Source: Pachysolen tannophilus NRRL Y-2460
Lineage: Eukaryota
Length of the DNA: 64,000 nucleotides
Assembly: GCA_001661245.1 (NCBI GenBank)
Contig: KV454018.1
Coordinates: forward strand, 805,996 to 869,995
Direction of reading: 5' to 3'
Shown here: positions 22,023 through 34,800 of the stretch, one piece after another
Numbering within the stretch: position 1 is the stretch's first letter
How the letters are laid out: every line of letters starts with the position of its first letter
Made by a program: the position numbers and the translations under genes
Notes under the pieces: model-generated
The model's database searches: none
The model's input: only the letters and a program-made list of their open reading frames with translations
Told to the model about the DNA's origin: nothing

Positions 22023-24105
22023 TTATTGTTTTGGTGGTTCTTCTGATGATGAGTTGTTGTTGCTGCTACCACTGTTCTCATTATTATTCTTGTACATTTG
22101 TTCGAATAATTTAAGACTGCTGTTTTGTAATTCTTCAGTCTTTGATTTGATTTCAGTAGCTTCAACTGGTTCACCACCATTGACTTTAACGATTATTTCT
22201 CTTAATTCAGAGATTAAAGTTTTTATCTTTTCACTTTCAGCAGCATCAACTTTATCCTTAAATTCATTCAAAGAATTTTCAGTATCATTACATAATTGAT
22301 CAGCTCTATTTGCGGTTTCAATAGCTTCTTTTCTCTTTTTATCTTCTTCTTTGAATTTTTCAGCATCATTAACCATCTTTTCAATTTCTGATTCAGATAA
22401 ACCTGAAGATCCAGCAACGGTAATGGAGTTATCCTTACCAGAAGCTTTATCCTTTGCAGAAACATTGATAATACCATCAGCATCAATATCAAAGGAAACT
22501 TCAATTTGAGGAACACCTTTTGGAGCTGGTGGAATACCTGATAAAGTGAAATTACCAATTAATTTATTATCACGAACTAATTCTCTTTCACCTTGGAAAA
22601 CTCTAATTTCAACAGAAGTTTGACCAGAAGCAGCAGTTGAGAAAACTTGAGATTTCTTTGTTGGAATAGTAGTATTTCTTGGAATTAATCTAGTAAAGAC
22701 ACCACCCAAAGTTTCAATACCCAAGGATAATGGAGTAACATCCAACAATAAGACATCCTTAACTTCACCTGATAAGACAGCACCTTGAATAGCAGCACCA
22801 ATGGCAACAGCTTCATCTGGGTTAACAGCTTTTGAAGGTTCCTTACCAAATAATTGTTTAACAGTTTCAATAACTTTAGGCATTCTGGTCATACCACCAA
22901 CAAGGATAACTTCAGAAACACTTGAAGTTGACAAGTTTGCATCCTTAAGAGCCTTCTTAACTGGTTCAATAGTCTTCTTAATTAATGGTTCAACTAAAGA
23001 TTCTAATTGAGCTCTACTAATTTTCATGTTGATATGTTTTGGACCAGAGGCATCAGCAGTGATAAATGGCAAGTTAATTTCAGTGGCAACAGTAGAAGAT
23101 AATTCAATCTTTGCCTTTTCAGCAGCTTCTCTAATTCTTTGAATAGCCATTCTATCATTTTGAAGATCAAGACCACTTTCTTTCTTGAAATTTTCCAAGA
23201 TATATCTAACCAAGGAAATATCAAAATCTTCACCACCTAAGTGGGTATCACCATTTGTAGATTTAACTTCAAAGACACCTCCATCAATATCTAAAATAGA
23301 AATATCAAAAGTACCACCACCTAAATCAAAGACAGCAACAACATTGGCTTCAGTTTTTTCCAAACCATAAGCTAATGCAGCAGCAGTTGGTTCGTTAACA
23401 ACACGAGCAACGTTTAAACCAACAATTGCACCTGCATCTTTTGTAGCTTGTCTTTGAGAATCGTTGAAATAAGCTGGAACAGTGACAACTGCATTAGTAA
23501 CTTTTTTACCTAAATAAGCTTCAGCAGTTTCTTTCATCTTATTTAAGACAAATCCACCAATTTGAGATGGAGAATATTTTTCACCTCTTGCTTCTAACCA
23601 AGCATCACCATTACTATGCTTGACAATCTTATAAGGAACTTGCTTAATATCTCTTTGAACCTCTGCATCCTCAAATCTTCTACCAATCAATCTCTTTGTA
23701 GCAAATAAAGTATTTTCAGGATTAACAACAGCTTGTCTCTTTGCTGGAATACCAACTAATCTTTCACCATCTTTTGTGAATGCAACTACAGAAGGTGTTG
23801 TTCTGGAACCTTCGGCATTTTCAATGATCTTAGGAGTCTTACCTTCCATAATGGCAACTGCAGAATTGGTAGTACCCAAATCAATACCAATAACAGCACC
23901 ATTTACTTTCTGGGTAGATTGGAAACGAGCCAATGTTGGCACAGAACGAATATTCTTCACAAAAAAAAAAAAAAAAAAAAAGTTAGTAATTTATTCAATG
24001 AAACAAAAAAAAAATAATTCATCATCCCCATAATAATTTCGGAAGGATGTAAAATTCCATACAACTATAAATAATACTTACTTGTCTTAAGTTTCTAGCT
24101 AACAT
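22023..24105 (-). CDS. SSC1: Mitochondrial Hsp70; exons 24105-24082 and 23954-22023
   Basis: [17 protein letters not shown] and a DnaK-like sequence; presequence [21 protein letters not shown] is restored by intron 24081-23955 (GTAAGT...TACTAAC...AAG). Confidence 0.96.
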
Positions 24106-25112
24106 ATTCTCAACTTATATATAAAGGAAATTTAATCAACAAATTTAATTTAAGAAATAACAAATAAAAAAAAACCTTTATACTCAATCTTTTTTCTCTT
24201 TCACTATATACAAAAAGGAAGAATTTTAAATTTTTTTAAAAAAAAAAATTAAATAATAATAAAAAGTATATAAAAAGTATTATATTCTATAATTTGAAAA
24301 GATGGTCAAAAATAATTTAGCAAATGAAGATGGCAAATTTTTCGTCGAAGAATCTGGAAATTTTTCAGGTGCGAAAAAAAATGAAAAAAAAAGGCAGCTT
24401 TAAAATATGCGCAATTGCGGAGAGCCACTGTGTTGCGCTTCTGCGTATAAAAATTACAATAGTGCGGTACACATATGCTATACGCTTTTTAAAACCAGTA
24501 TGTGCACTTTTTTATAAGCAGTTTAGGTGTTAAAAAGCGTATTATAGTTACCCGCATTTAGGAGTTTTGGCTTTTTCCCCCTTTTTTAAGAAAGAGTAGA
24601 CATAAAGAAAAGGGGGTTAGATATAGTTACTACTAGATGATTTATAAGTGGTATTAATGATTTAGTATACTACTAAGTTAATATTAATAAAGAATGTTCA
24701 AGCCAAAGTGTACATTTAAGATGAAATGAATCCCAGAAAATAAATAATATATAAAAAGAAAGAAAAAGAAAAAAAAAATAAGTCCAGATAAAAAATAAAA
24801 AAAACAAACAAACAATAATGCAACGGATGCTATAATTGTACATACACAGTATTTCTCTTACTGAAAAATAAAATATATAAAAATCTAAAGCGAATAGTAA
24901 TAACATAAAACAGTCATAGAACACATTGTAAATTAAAGAAAAAAGAGTAAAATGAAAAAAAAAAATATGAAAAAAGCGGAAAATTTGAATTAAAAATGGT
25001 AGTATTGGTATGGAAAGGGATGGACGGGGCTGGGGAGGAGGTAATAGTTTGTGAATTCAATTATTCGTATTTGTAGAGCAGCAGGATATGGTATATACTT
25101 ATTATTGAATTA

Positions 25113-27284
25113 TTATTTTGAAACGTCTGTTTCAGTGGATAAGGGAAAAATTGTAACATTTTTTGCACCATTTAAGATATTATTGTTTGGGGTTAATACC
25201 AGTTGTTGCTGAATAGTAGGCGAAGGTGTTGAAATTGTAGTTGATAAGTTCATACTACTAAAACTATTTGTTATTTGGGTAATGAAAAATTTATTCAACT
25301 TCAGTTCTGCATTTTTGGAATCTAATAATAATCTAGATTCAAAAATTCCTGGTCTTGAACCATCAATTTTCAATTTATTATCATAATCAATACCATTAAA
25401 CAAATTAAATAATTCAATTCTATAGTTTTGTAATAAATTATCTGATAAATATAAATGATTCAAATTAAAAGGTTTTGGTAATATTAATAATGGTTTTAAA
25501 TCTTTTAAATCGCTTAATTTATTTGATCTTAAATCCAATTTTTCTAAATTTCTTAAATTTTCTAATGATGCTAAATCTTTAATTTTATTTCCTCTTAAAT
25601 TTAAAACTGTTAATTTAGGTAATTGATTTTGTTTAAAACCTGTTGTTGAAACTATTTCATTATATGATAAATTCAATGATTTTAAATTTTTTAAATGTTT
25701 CAATGCAGACGGTATTTCGCAAAGTTGATTATATGATAAATCTAATGATGACAATGACTTTAAAAATTCAAAACTACATTCACTGATTGATGTGATTTTA
25801 TTTTCTGTAAAGGATAAATGTTTCAAGAATTTCCATTTGTCCGGGACTGTAGGTGCTGCTTGCGTGGTAAGTTGTTGTTGTTGTTGAGACAGCAGAGGAG
25901 GTGGCGAAGAAGAAGAACAAACATTATAGTTATAACTATGAGGATGATGATACGACAATGATAAATCAGAAGCATTAGAATTGGATCTTTTGGCTCTATT
26001 TTGTAAATTTTGCCTTGTTATTGATGACGAAGAACCCGGTGGAGACATGTTGCCGGAATAGTGTATTGAATTATGTGTATTTGATCGACGGTAAGGTTGG
26101 TAATGATTTGTTAATACAGTTGCTGAAGAATTTTTCCTTTTTGCTTTTTGGTCTTCAATTGTAGGTTGTCTTGATAAAGTAGCAAGTGATAATGTTGGAG
26201 AAGTGTTATTCTCTGGTAAAGATCCCAGTAATTGATGTTGGTAACCATGTAAATGTGGGTTTGAATTTGAATAAGCTGATGAAAGAGAAACATTATGATG
26301 ATGACTTATCTTATGATAATTAGAAATATAACCTGTATGATAATTATGATTTTCAGGTGATGTGAAAGGTGTGATATGTTTAGAACTTGTATTATTCAAA
26401 TCTGTAGACAAATTCTCATCATAGAGTGAACATGGTATACCTCTATTATTTAAATCATCATCAACCAATTCAACTAATATCTCAATTGGATCACAAACAT
26501 TTGTTTTTTTCAAAACTAAAAATCTTAATTGTTCAGATAGAATACTCCAACCTATTATTTCTTTTAAATCTAAATCACAAACTTCAAGTACAGATAAATT
26601 TTTAAAAATTTTTATTGGTACAGCAGTATCAAATGGATATTCTTCATGACCTTCAATTAATTTAGCTCTTTTATCTGGAGCTAATCTTAAACATGGTAAT
26701 TTAGTAAAAGCAGAATAAAGGTATTTTAAATCTGATTTTATCATTTCTTTTGAATTATTAGAAATGTTATTAATACGATAATTCCCATGGCTTGAATTAC
26801 TACTACCACTACTACTACCACCATTTTTACCGATACCATTCCATAAAGCACTTACACTTGACATTACCGACTTAACTGAACTCATTGAATGGATCGATTG
26901 AGCATCTGCTGACATTCTCTTATTACGATGATAATCCGATAAAAACGAAACATAATTCAATGAACTGTCATCGTTATGTATATTATCTAACCTAATATTC
27001 ATTGATCCAACAGATATTCCTAATTCCTGGAATCGTTCAAGCAAATAGAATAAATGATGCAAAGTAAGAGAAAGCCTAACAGGCTTGGAATTCAATTGTT
27101 GTTGGTGTTGTTGCTGTTTCTGTTGCAGCAGCTGCTGCTGCAGTTGTTGTTGTTGTTGCAGTTGTTGTTGTTTCAGCGGCTTCTTATACGCCAATAAAGC
27201 ATTGGCCAACTGTCGTTCGTGGTTCTTGACAAACACAGAAAGGTTATGCACGTACAAATCACCATCACAAGTATTCGACGACAT
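25113..27284 (-). CDS. Fungal leucine-rich-repeat protein with polyQ/A tract
   Basis: C-terminal LxxLxLxxN repeats (LSSLDLSYNQL, LKSLNLSYNEI, LTVLNLRGNKI); N-terminal LSLTLHHLFYLL and YLYSAFTKLPCLRL blocks. Confidence 0.8.
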   Translation of the reverse strand: MSSNTCDGDLYVHNLSVFVKNHERQLANALLAYKKPLKQQQLQQQQQLQQQLLQQKQQQHQQQLNSKPVRLSLTLHHLFYLLERFQELGISVGSMNIRLDNIHNDDSSLNYVSFLSDYHRNKRMSADAQSIHSMSSVKSVMSSVSALWNGIGKNGGSSSGSSNSSHGNYRINNISNNSKEMIKSDLKYLYSAFTKLPCLRLAPDKRAKLIEGHEEYPFDTAVPIKIFKNLSVLEVCDLDLKEIIGWSILSEQLRFLVLKKTNVCDPIEILVELVDDDLNNRGIPCSLYDENLSTDLNNTSSKHITPFTSPENHNYHTGYISNYHKISHHHNVSLSSAYSNSNPHLHGYQHQLLGSLPENNTSPTLSLATLSRQPTIEDQKAKRKNSSATVLTNHYQPYRRSNTHNSIHYSGNMSPPGSSSSITRQNLQNRAKRSNSNASDLSLSYHHPHSYNYNVCSSSSPPPLLSQQQQQLTTQAAPTVPDKWKFLKHLSFTENKITSISECSFEFLKSLSSLDLSYNQLCEIPSALKHLKNLKSLNLSYNEIVSTTGFKQNQLPKLTVLNLRGNKIKDLASLENLRNLEKLDLRSNKLSDLKDLKPLLILPKPFNLNHLYLSDNLLQNYRIELFNLFNGIDYDNKLKIDGSRPGIFESRLLLDSKNAELKLNKFFITQITNSFSSMNLSTTISTPSPTIQQQLVLTPNNNILNGAKNVTIFPLSTETDVSK

Positions 27285-28377
27285 GATGCAATAACCCTAT
27301 TTATAATTGTATTCCCTCTTGGCCCGCCTTTCTCGTGATGAGTAAAATGTGATTTATGAGTCTCTCTCTCTCACCAACAAAGAAAAAATAATAATAATAA
27401 AAAATTTCTCTTACCCTTACCCTTTCCTTCTTCGAAATGTCTCCCCCAACGTTTCAAAAAAAAATTTCAGATATTTTCAACCGAGATATCTGAAAAAAAA
27501 AAAAAATTGAAAAAAAATAATAATATTCGATATAAAATAATATCACTTAACGATAACAATTATAATAATAATAATAATTACGTTAACTAAAATATGTTTA
27601 GTTAGTCAATTGATTTACCGTAAATTATACGAAAATGGTAATTATGACATTGGTTTGTTTTGTTTTACCTTTTTTTTTTTCTTTTTTTCTTTTTTGATGT
27701 TTTTTGAAACCTGAAAATTTGGCGAGGTTTCACACGACTAAATTATAGGTTCACTTGCCACATTTGGTTCTTTAAGAAATAGAAAAAGGGGAAAATCTTT
27801 CAGGGGGTTCCTAATTGGGAAAGTTGTTATTTTCATTCCTATTGTTGTGGCGCATAAAGCTAATTGGTAGTGTTTTTTCTACAAGTTTTTTTATATTTTT
27901 ATTTTGCCGCTGAGATCATGTGATCTGGAAGCATGTGACCAAGGAAGTACAAGAAACTCCTGTGAAGGGCAGCGGCAGTCGCCCTTCATTAATTTTCCCC
28001 GATGATTTATTTATTTCCCCGTTGCATCCTAGAAAGATGGTTGGTGGGCTTGAAGAGGTGGCCGCCGTTGGCCGCCCGATAATAATTGTGGTGGGCGGAA
28101 CTGTAATTGCGGCGATTATGCAACTAATACTTCAAGTTATATGTAGGTTGAATGTACGTACTTGCGTATGTACGTACATAAGTACATAGATACATACTAA
28201 AACCGATGTGTGTGTATGGTTTATGGTTTTAGCACGGTGGTAAAGCTTGATTTTTCTCCGATGATAACGATTGTGATTGAATTGATATAAAGAGATGAGG
28301 ATCTAGTTAATTTCTTTTTTTTTTCCTCTCTGATTTTTGATTTTTAGATTTTTTGATTTTCCTTTGGCGCAGACAAG

Positions 28378-31300
28378 ATGACAATTACCAAACAGCTATT
28401 AATTGGAGTTGACGTTGGGGGTACTAATACTGATTCGGTATTATTGAATCCCAAGGACTTTAATACCGAAAGTAGAGGAGTGTTATCATGGCATAAATCA
28501 AATACTACAGCAGATGTTTCTGAAGGAATTGAGAATGGTATAGAGAAATTGTTTGAACAAACTCTGGAAGTTAGTAGAAATGAAGTTGTTGCTGTTACTA
28601 TTGGTACTACTCAATTTATTAACGCTGTTATTGAACAAGATAAGGCAAGGTTAGAGAAAGTTGCTGTATTGAGATTATGTGGGCCTTACTCTAGGGGTTC
28701 ACCTCCATTTTCAGATTTCCCCGAAGGTTTAAGAGATGTTACTGAAGGTTATTCAGGTTTTGTTAATGGTGGTCATAGAGTTGATGGTTGGGAAATTCAA
28801 CCTTTAAATGAACAAGAAATTCGAATGCATTGTAAAGAAATTCTTAAAAGAGGTATTAAAGCTGTAGCAATTGTTGGTATTTTTGCTATAATGAAAAAAG
28901 ATCATGAATTACGTGCAATGGAAATTGTTAAACAAGAATTACCCTTTGCTAAAATAGTTATGTCACATGAAATTTCAGGTATAGGTTTTATTGAAAGAGA
29001 AAATGCAACAATTTTAAATGCTGCAGTTATGACATTTGCTGATAAAATTGTTAATTCTTTTATTAGTGCAGTTAGAAATTTAGGATTGAATTGTCCAGTA
29101 TTACTTACTCAAAATGATGGTACAGTGTTATCGGCAAAAGATGCTATAAAGACACCAATAAAAACATTCTCCTCAGGAGCTACAAATTCAATGCGTGGTG
29201 CTGCTTTCTTATCAATGAAAGTTGAAGGAATTATGGGGAAAACTACAATTGTAGCAGATGTTGGTGGTACTACCTTAGATTGTGGAGTTTTATTACCGTC
29301 AGGGTTCCCAAGACAAAGTTCATCATATTCTTATGTTGGTGGTGTAAGAATGAATTTTTCAATGCCTCATGTTGAATCAATTGGTTTAGGTGGTGGTTCA
29401 ATTGTAAGAGGTCAAGGTGAAAATATGACTATTGGACCAGATTCTGTAGGTGCAGATATTGTTACCAAAAGTTTAACTTTTGGTGGTGATACAGTTACAA
29501 CAACCGATGTTACACTTGCAATTAACACAGAAGGTGTGGAAAATTATGATACAAGTCTTTATAAAGTTGGTGAACCTAAAAAAGTTCATGGTAAATTCTC
29601 ACAGGATTTTAAAGAATCTTTTAGTAAATTGTTAAAAAGAAAAATTGAAAGAATAATAGATAGAATGAGAACTTCACCAGAACCTTTGCCTGTTTTGTTT
29701 GTTGGTGGTGGATCATTTATTTGTCCCATCGAGTTGGAAGGTGCTTCAACTGTTTCACGTCCACCTTTTTTCTCTGTGGCAAATGCAATCGGAGCAGCTA
29801 TTGGTAAAATTAGTGCTTCTGTCCATAAGATTCAACTTGTTACTGGCGAAGATAAAGAAGCTATTGTTGAAGAATTGAAAAAACAAGCTACTGAAAGGGC
29901 AATTGAAAAAGGTGCATTAGAATCCTCGATTACTGTGGTAGATATTAAAACTGAACCAATCCCATACGTTAGTAGTACATATGAATTTGAAATTAAAGTT
30001 GTTGGTGATGTAGATTATGAAAAGATGTCAACTGCGTTTAAGCAAGCATCAGCAACAGATGGATCCACTGGGAAAATCGAAACACTGGAAGATCATATTC
30101 GTAACAGTGTTTACAAAGATTCAGTTTTCAACAAGGATAAAAAGGCTAAGGAAGAAGAAGATTTTGATCATGAAAAATATGTTCCTCTTGTCAATAGTGA
30201 AAGACAATGGATTATTTCTGAAACTGATTTGAACTATATTGCCTGTGGTAATTATATCTTAGGATGTGGAGGTGGAGGCAGTCCATATGGTATTTTTTTG
30301 GAAATCCGTGAACAAATTCGTAAAGGTCACAAGATTAGAGTCATTAATTTATTTGATGCACCAAAATATTGTGCTGAAGGAGGTTTTGGTGCATGTAGTG
30401 TTGGATTTGCTGGATCTCCTACAATTTCAAATGAACAACTTCCAGGTAAAGAATTAGTTGAGGCAATTAATTTGCTTAGTGAATGGACTCACAAGAAACC
30501 AGAACTTGTTTTCCCCTTAGAAATTGGTGGAGGTAATGGTCTTCAAGGTGTTTATTGTGGATCTTCTGCAGTGATGGATTTACCAGTTGTTGACTGTGAC
30601 TTGATGGGTAGAGCTTATCCAACTCATTGGCAAACTTTACCAGTTGTTTTCGGTAATGATAAACCTTTTTTCGCTCCTTCAGCTATATCAGATTCAAATG
30701 GTAATACTATTTTAATTACAACTTGTCAAACTGATATCCACATGGAACGTATAATGAGGGCTTCTTTGGCTGAAATTGGTGCACATGTCGGTGTTGTAAA
30801 CCCTCCTATGCATTATAAAGATTTAGTAACAAAAACTGTTCATCATTCATTATCTCTTTCTTGGAGAATTGGTAGAGCTGTTGCCATTGCTCGCCAGAAA
30901 AGTGAAATTGAAAAATTACCACAAACCATCATTGATTCTGTTGGTGGTAGCGAAACTGGAAAACAAATTTTTAGTGGTAAAATCGTTGGAGTTGAAAGAA
31001 ATTTATTTAAAGGACATAATTACGGTGAAGTTATAATTGAAGCAGAAAATGGTGATATGATGGCCATTCCTTTCAAAAATGAAAACATCTTGGCTAAAGT
31101 TCGATCACCTGGTGAAAAAGACTGGAAAATCTACGCCACAGTCCCAGATCTCATCTCAGTATGTGATGCAGACACTGGTGAAGGTGTAGGAACTCAAGAC
31201 TATAGATACGGTTTACTAGTTTTCGTTATTGCCATGGCTGCAAGTGAGTTATGGACCAACACCGAAAAGGGGATAGAAGTTGGTGGCCCTAAAGCTTTTG

Positions 31301-31398
31301 GACCACCTTTCGAAGAAGTCCCATATACTCCTATTGGGAAGTATGTTGCCCCTATCTCGGTTATTGATGAATATGGTCCTAGTCCTGCGTCGAAGTAA
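28378..31398 (+). CDS. Hydantoinase A/oxoprolinase-like ATPase domain fused to a C-terminal DUF917 domain
   Basis: N-half has GVDVGGTNTD, IGTT, ERENATILNA, SSGATNSMRGA, DVGGTT, SIGLGGGS; C-half has ILGCGGGG, EIGGGNG, DCDLMGRAYP, FKNEN, PDLI, YRYG. Confidence 0.85.
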   Translation: MTITKQLLIGVDVGGTNTDSVLLNPKDFNTESRGVLSWHKSNTTADVSEGIENGIEKLFEQTLEVSRNEVVAVTIGTTQFINAVIEQDKARLEKVAVLRLCGPYSRGSPPFSDFPEGLRDVTEGYSGFVNGGHRVDGWEIQPLNEQEIRMHCKEILKRGIKAVAIVGIFAIMKKDHELRAMEIVKQELPFAKIVMSHEISGIGFIERENATILNAAVMTFADKIVNSFISAVRNLGLNCPVLLTQNDGTVLSAKDAIKTPIKTFSSGATNSMRGAAFLSMKVEGIMGKTTIVADVGGTTLDCGVLLPSGFPRQSSSYSYVGGVRMNFSMPHVESIGLGGGSIVRGQGENMTIGPDSVGADIVTKSLTFGGDTVTTTDVTLAINTEGVENYDTSLYKVGEPKKVHGKFSQDFKESFSKLLKRKIERIIDRMRTSPEPLPVLFVGGGSFICPIELEGASTVSRPPFFSVANAIGAAIGKISASVHKIQLVTGEDKEAIVEELKKQATERAIEKGALESSITVVDIKTEPIPYVSSTYEFEIKVVGDVDYEKMSTAFKQASATDGSTGKIETLEDHIRNSVYKDSVFNKDKKAKEEEDFDHEKYVPLVNSERQWIISETDLNYIACGNYILGCGGGGSPYGIFLEIREQIRKGHKIRVINLFDAPKYCAEGGFGACSVGFAGSPTISNEQLPGKELVEAINLLSEWTHKKPELVFPLEIGGGNGLQGVYCGSSAVMDLPVVDCDLMGRAYPTHWQTLPVVFGNDKPFFAPSAISDSNGNTILITTCQTDIHMERIMRASLAEIGAHVGVVNPPMHYKDLVTKTVHHSLSLSWRIGRAVAIARQKSEIEKLPQTIIDSVGGSETGKQIFSGKIVGVERNLFKGHNYGEVIIEAENGDMMAIPFKNENILAKVRSPGEKDWKIYATVPDLISVCDADTGEGVGTQDYRYGLLVFVIAMAASELWTNTEKGIEVGGPKAFGPPFEEVPYTPIGKYVAPISVIDEYGPSPASK

Positions 31399-31874
31399 AA
31401 TTTAGTGTTTTTATTAGTCTTTGTAAAAAATTTTTTCTTTAATACTTTACTTTCTTCTTTTTTTTTTTCTTCTTATTCTTATTCTTCTTGTTCATGTTTT
31501 TCCTTCCTAGAAGCTAGATTAATAAACGATTAGATCTTTTGATAAATAACGGTAAAAGGCATTCTTCCAATCAACATGTATTGGATCTGATGTTTATTGG
31601 TTTGTTAGGTTATTTTATGTATGTGAGAAAATTCGGCGATAACAACTTCACAAGTCCGTAGCTGATTAAGACTGTAGGCTTTTTTTTTTTCAGAGTATTA
31701 TTCACTTTGAGTTGAAAGGTATATAAGAGGATCTCTTGGTCCTGTTTTTTAGTAAAGATTTTGTTATTTCTTTTATGTTCTTTAGTTTCTTGACTTTTCA
31801 ATAGTAGTTCTTGTTGTTGTTGGTTATTATTATTATTATTAAGTAAGTTGAGAGAGAAAGAAATAAGAAAAAAA

Positions 31875-34800
31875 ATGGACGGTGTTCGTATTGCTATTGA
31901 CCGTGGTGGAACTTTTACGGACGTTATTGCATTTGTACCAGGTAAAGAGAATTATGTCTTTAAATTGTTATCGGTAGATCCTTCTAATTATGATGATGCT
32001 AATATTGAAGGTATTAGAAGAGTGCTAGAACATGCAAGTGGTAAAAATATTCCAAGAGGTCAACCTTTGGATACATCACTTGTACGTTCTTTAAAATTAG
32101 GTACTACTGTTGCAACAAATGCGTTATTGGAAAGAAAAGGTGAAAGATGTGCTTTAGTAACAACAAAAGGTTTTAAAGATGCTTTAGTTATAGGTAATCA
32201 GACCAGACCTCATATTTTTGAATTAGCAATTAGACGTCCAGATGTCTTGTATGAAACAGTTGTTGAAATTGATGAAAGAGTTACATTAGAAGATTATGCT
32301 GAAGATCCAGAACAAATTTATACTGCAGTTGACTGTAATAACAAAGATAAAAATTTGGTTCAAGGTGTTTCTGGTGAAACTGTTCGTATATTGAAAAGAC
32401 CAGATTTTGAAGGTATTAAATCTACTTTAAAAATCTTGTATAATACTGGTATTCGTTCTATTGGGGTATGTTTATTGCATTCTTATACTTTTCCTGATCA
32501 TGAAAAAATAGTTGGTGATATTGCTAAAGAAATTGGATTTTCTCATATTTCATTATCATCAGATATATCTCCAATGATAAAATATGTTCCAAGAGCAAAT
32601 TCATCAATTGCTGATGCTTATTTAACTCCAGAAATTAAAAAATATTTAACCAGTTTCCAAAGAGGATTGAAAGATGGTTTACAGTCAGTGGTAGATAACA
32701 AGACCACTGGTGTCAGATGTCAATTCATGAAATCAGATGGTGGAATGGTTGACTCATCTAAATTTTCAGGATTGAAAGCTATCTTATCTGGTCCAGCTGG
32801 TGGTGTTGTTGGTTTAGCTGAAACTTCATACAACCCAAAGAATAATATTCCGTTAATCGGTTTAGATGTTGGTGGAACAAGTACTGATTGTTCAAGATTT
32901 GATGGTAAATATGCACATGTCTTTGAGACAACAACAGCAGGTATCACTGTTCAATCTCCTCAATTAGATATTAATACGATTGCTGCAGGAGGTGGTTCTA
33001 GGTTGTTTTATGAAAATGGTTTGATGAGAGTTGGACCAGAATCTGCTGGTGCTCATCCAGGTCCTGTATGTTACCGTAAAAACGGTTATTTAACTGTTAC
33101 CGATGCTAACTTATTATTAGGAAGATTAGTACCAGAATTTTTTCCAAAAATTTTTGGTCCAAATGAAAATGAAGAACTTGATCAAGAAACAACTTTTAAG
33201 GAATTTGCAAAATTGACAGAATTAATTAACAAGGAGTCACCAGATAAGAAAATGACACCTGAAGAGGTAGCTTCAGGATTTTTAAACGTTGCCAATGAAG
33301 CCATGGCAAGGCCAATTAGAACTTTGACAGAAGCAAAAGGTCATGTTTTGGAAAATCACAGATTAGTTTCTTTTGGTGGTGCTGGTGGCCAATGCTGTTG
33401 TTTTGTTGCTTTTGAAAAATTAGGTATTAACACTGTCTTGATTCACAGATACTCCTCCGTCCTCTCTGCATATGGTATGGCATTAGCTGACGTTGTTGAA
33501 GAAGTTCAAGAACCTTCATCATTAATATTGAATGAAGAAAATAAAAATGCAATCAACTCTACTTTTAAAAGTTTGACTGAAAAGGCTAGACAAGCTTTAA
33601 TGATTCAAGATTTCTCCGATTCGGACATCACTTATGAAAAATACCTTAACTTAAGATATAGAGGAACTGAGTCAGCAATAATGACATTATCGGATGATAA
33701 TATTGATTCTTATCAAAGCAATTTCTTAGATTTGCACAAGAAGGAATTTGGATTTGTTTTTACCGATAAGGATATCATCATTGATGACTTCAGAGTTAGA
33801 GCTATTGGTAAAGCACATACTATCAGTACCCCATCTGTTGATGATCAAATAGAATCTTTGAAGCTGAAGAATGAGATCAAGCGTGTTTCTTCCTCATCAG
33901 CTAAATTTACTAGAAAAACTTATTTTGAAGGTAAATGGATTCCAACAAATGTCTACCGTTTGGAAGATCTCCTGATAGGTTCTGAAATTTTAGGACCAGC
34001 TATCATTGCAGATGGTACACAAACTAATGTTATTCCGCCGGATTCTGTTGTTTTAATTTTGGAAACTCACGTAGTAGTCACTAATACTAAGGAAAAAGTT
34101 TCGAAGAGCAGCAAAATCGGAGAAGGTGTTCAAATAGAACCAGTTTTATTGTCAATTTTTGGTCACAGATTCATTGATATTGCAGAGCAAATGGGTAATT
34201 CTTTACAAAAGACTGCTGTTTCAACAAATGTTAAAGAAAGATTAGATTTCAGTTGTGCATTATTTGATGCAGATGCAAATTTAGTCTCTAGTGCGCCTCA
34301 TATTCCTGTCCATCTCGGCAGTATGGGGACTTTTGTAAAATTTCAATCAAACTTGTGGAAAGGTAAATTAAAAGAAGGTGATGTCTTAGTTGGTAACCAT
34401 CCAATTGCTGGAAACACTCATTTGCCAGATATCACAGTTTTAACTCCAGTTTTCCATGAAGGTAAGATATTTTTCTATTTAGCTTCCAGAGCGCACCATA
34501 GTGATATTGGTTCCAGCTTACCAGGTAGTATGCCACCAAACAGTAAAGAACTTTGGGAAGAAGGTGCAAGTATTTACTCTGAATTTTTGGTTAAAGATGG
34601 TGTATTTCAAGAAGAAAGAATGGAACAACTTCTTTTGGTTGAACCAGCTAAATATCCAGGTTGTTCTGGTACTAGAAAATTATCAGATAACATTAGTGAC
34701 TTGAAAGCCCAAGTTGCAGCAAATCAAAAAGGTATTGGTTTAGTCAAGCGTCTTGTATCTGAATTTAGCTTGAATGTTGTCTTGGCATACATGGAAGCTA

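Noticed and set aside
24330..24370. Heat-shock element upstream of SSC1
   Set aside because: Only a degenerate nGAAn/nTTCn pattern; too weak to call
27920..28189. 89-aa GTG-initiated ORF upstream of the hydantoinase
   Set aside because: Non-ATG start, no family resemblance; explained by a GC-rich promoter island
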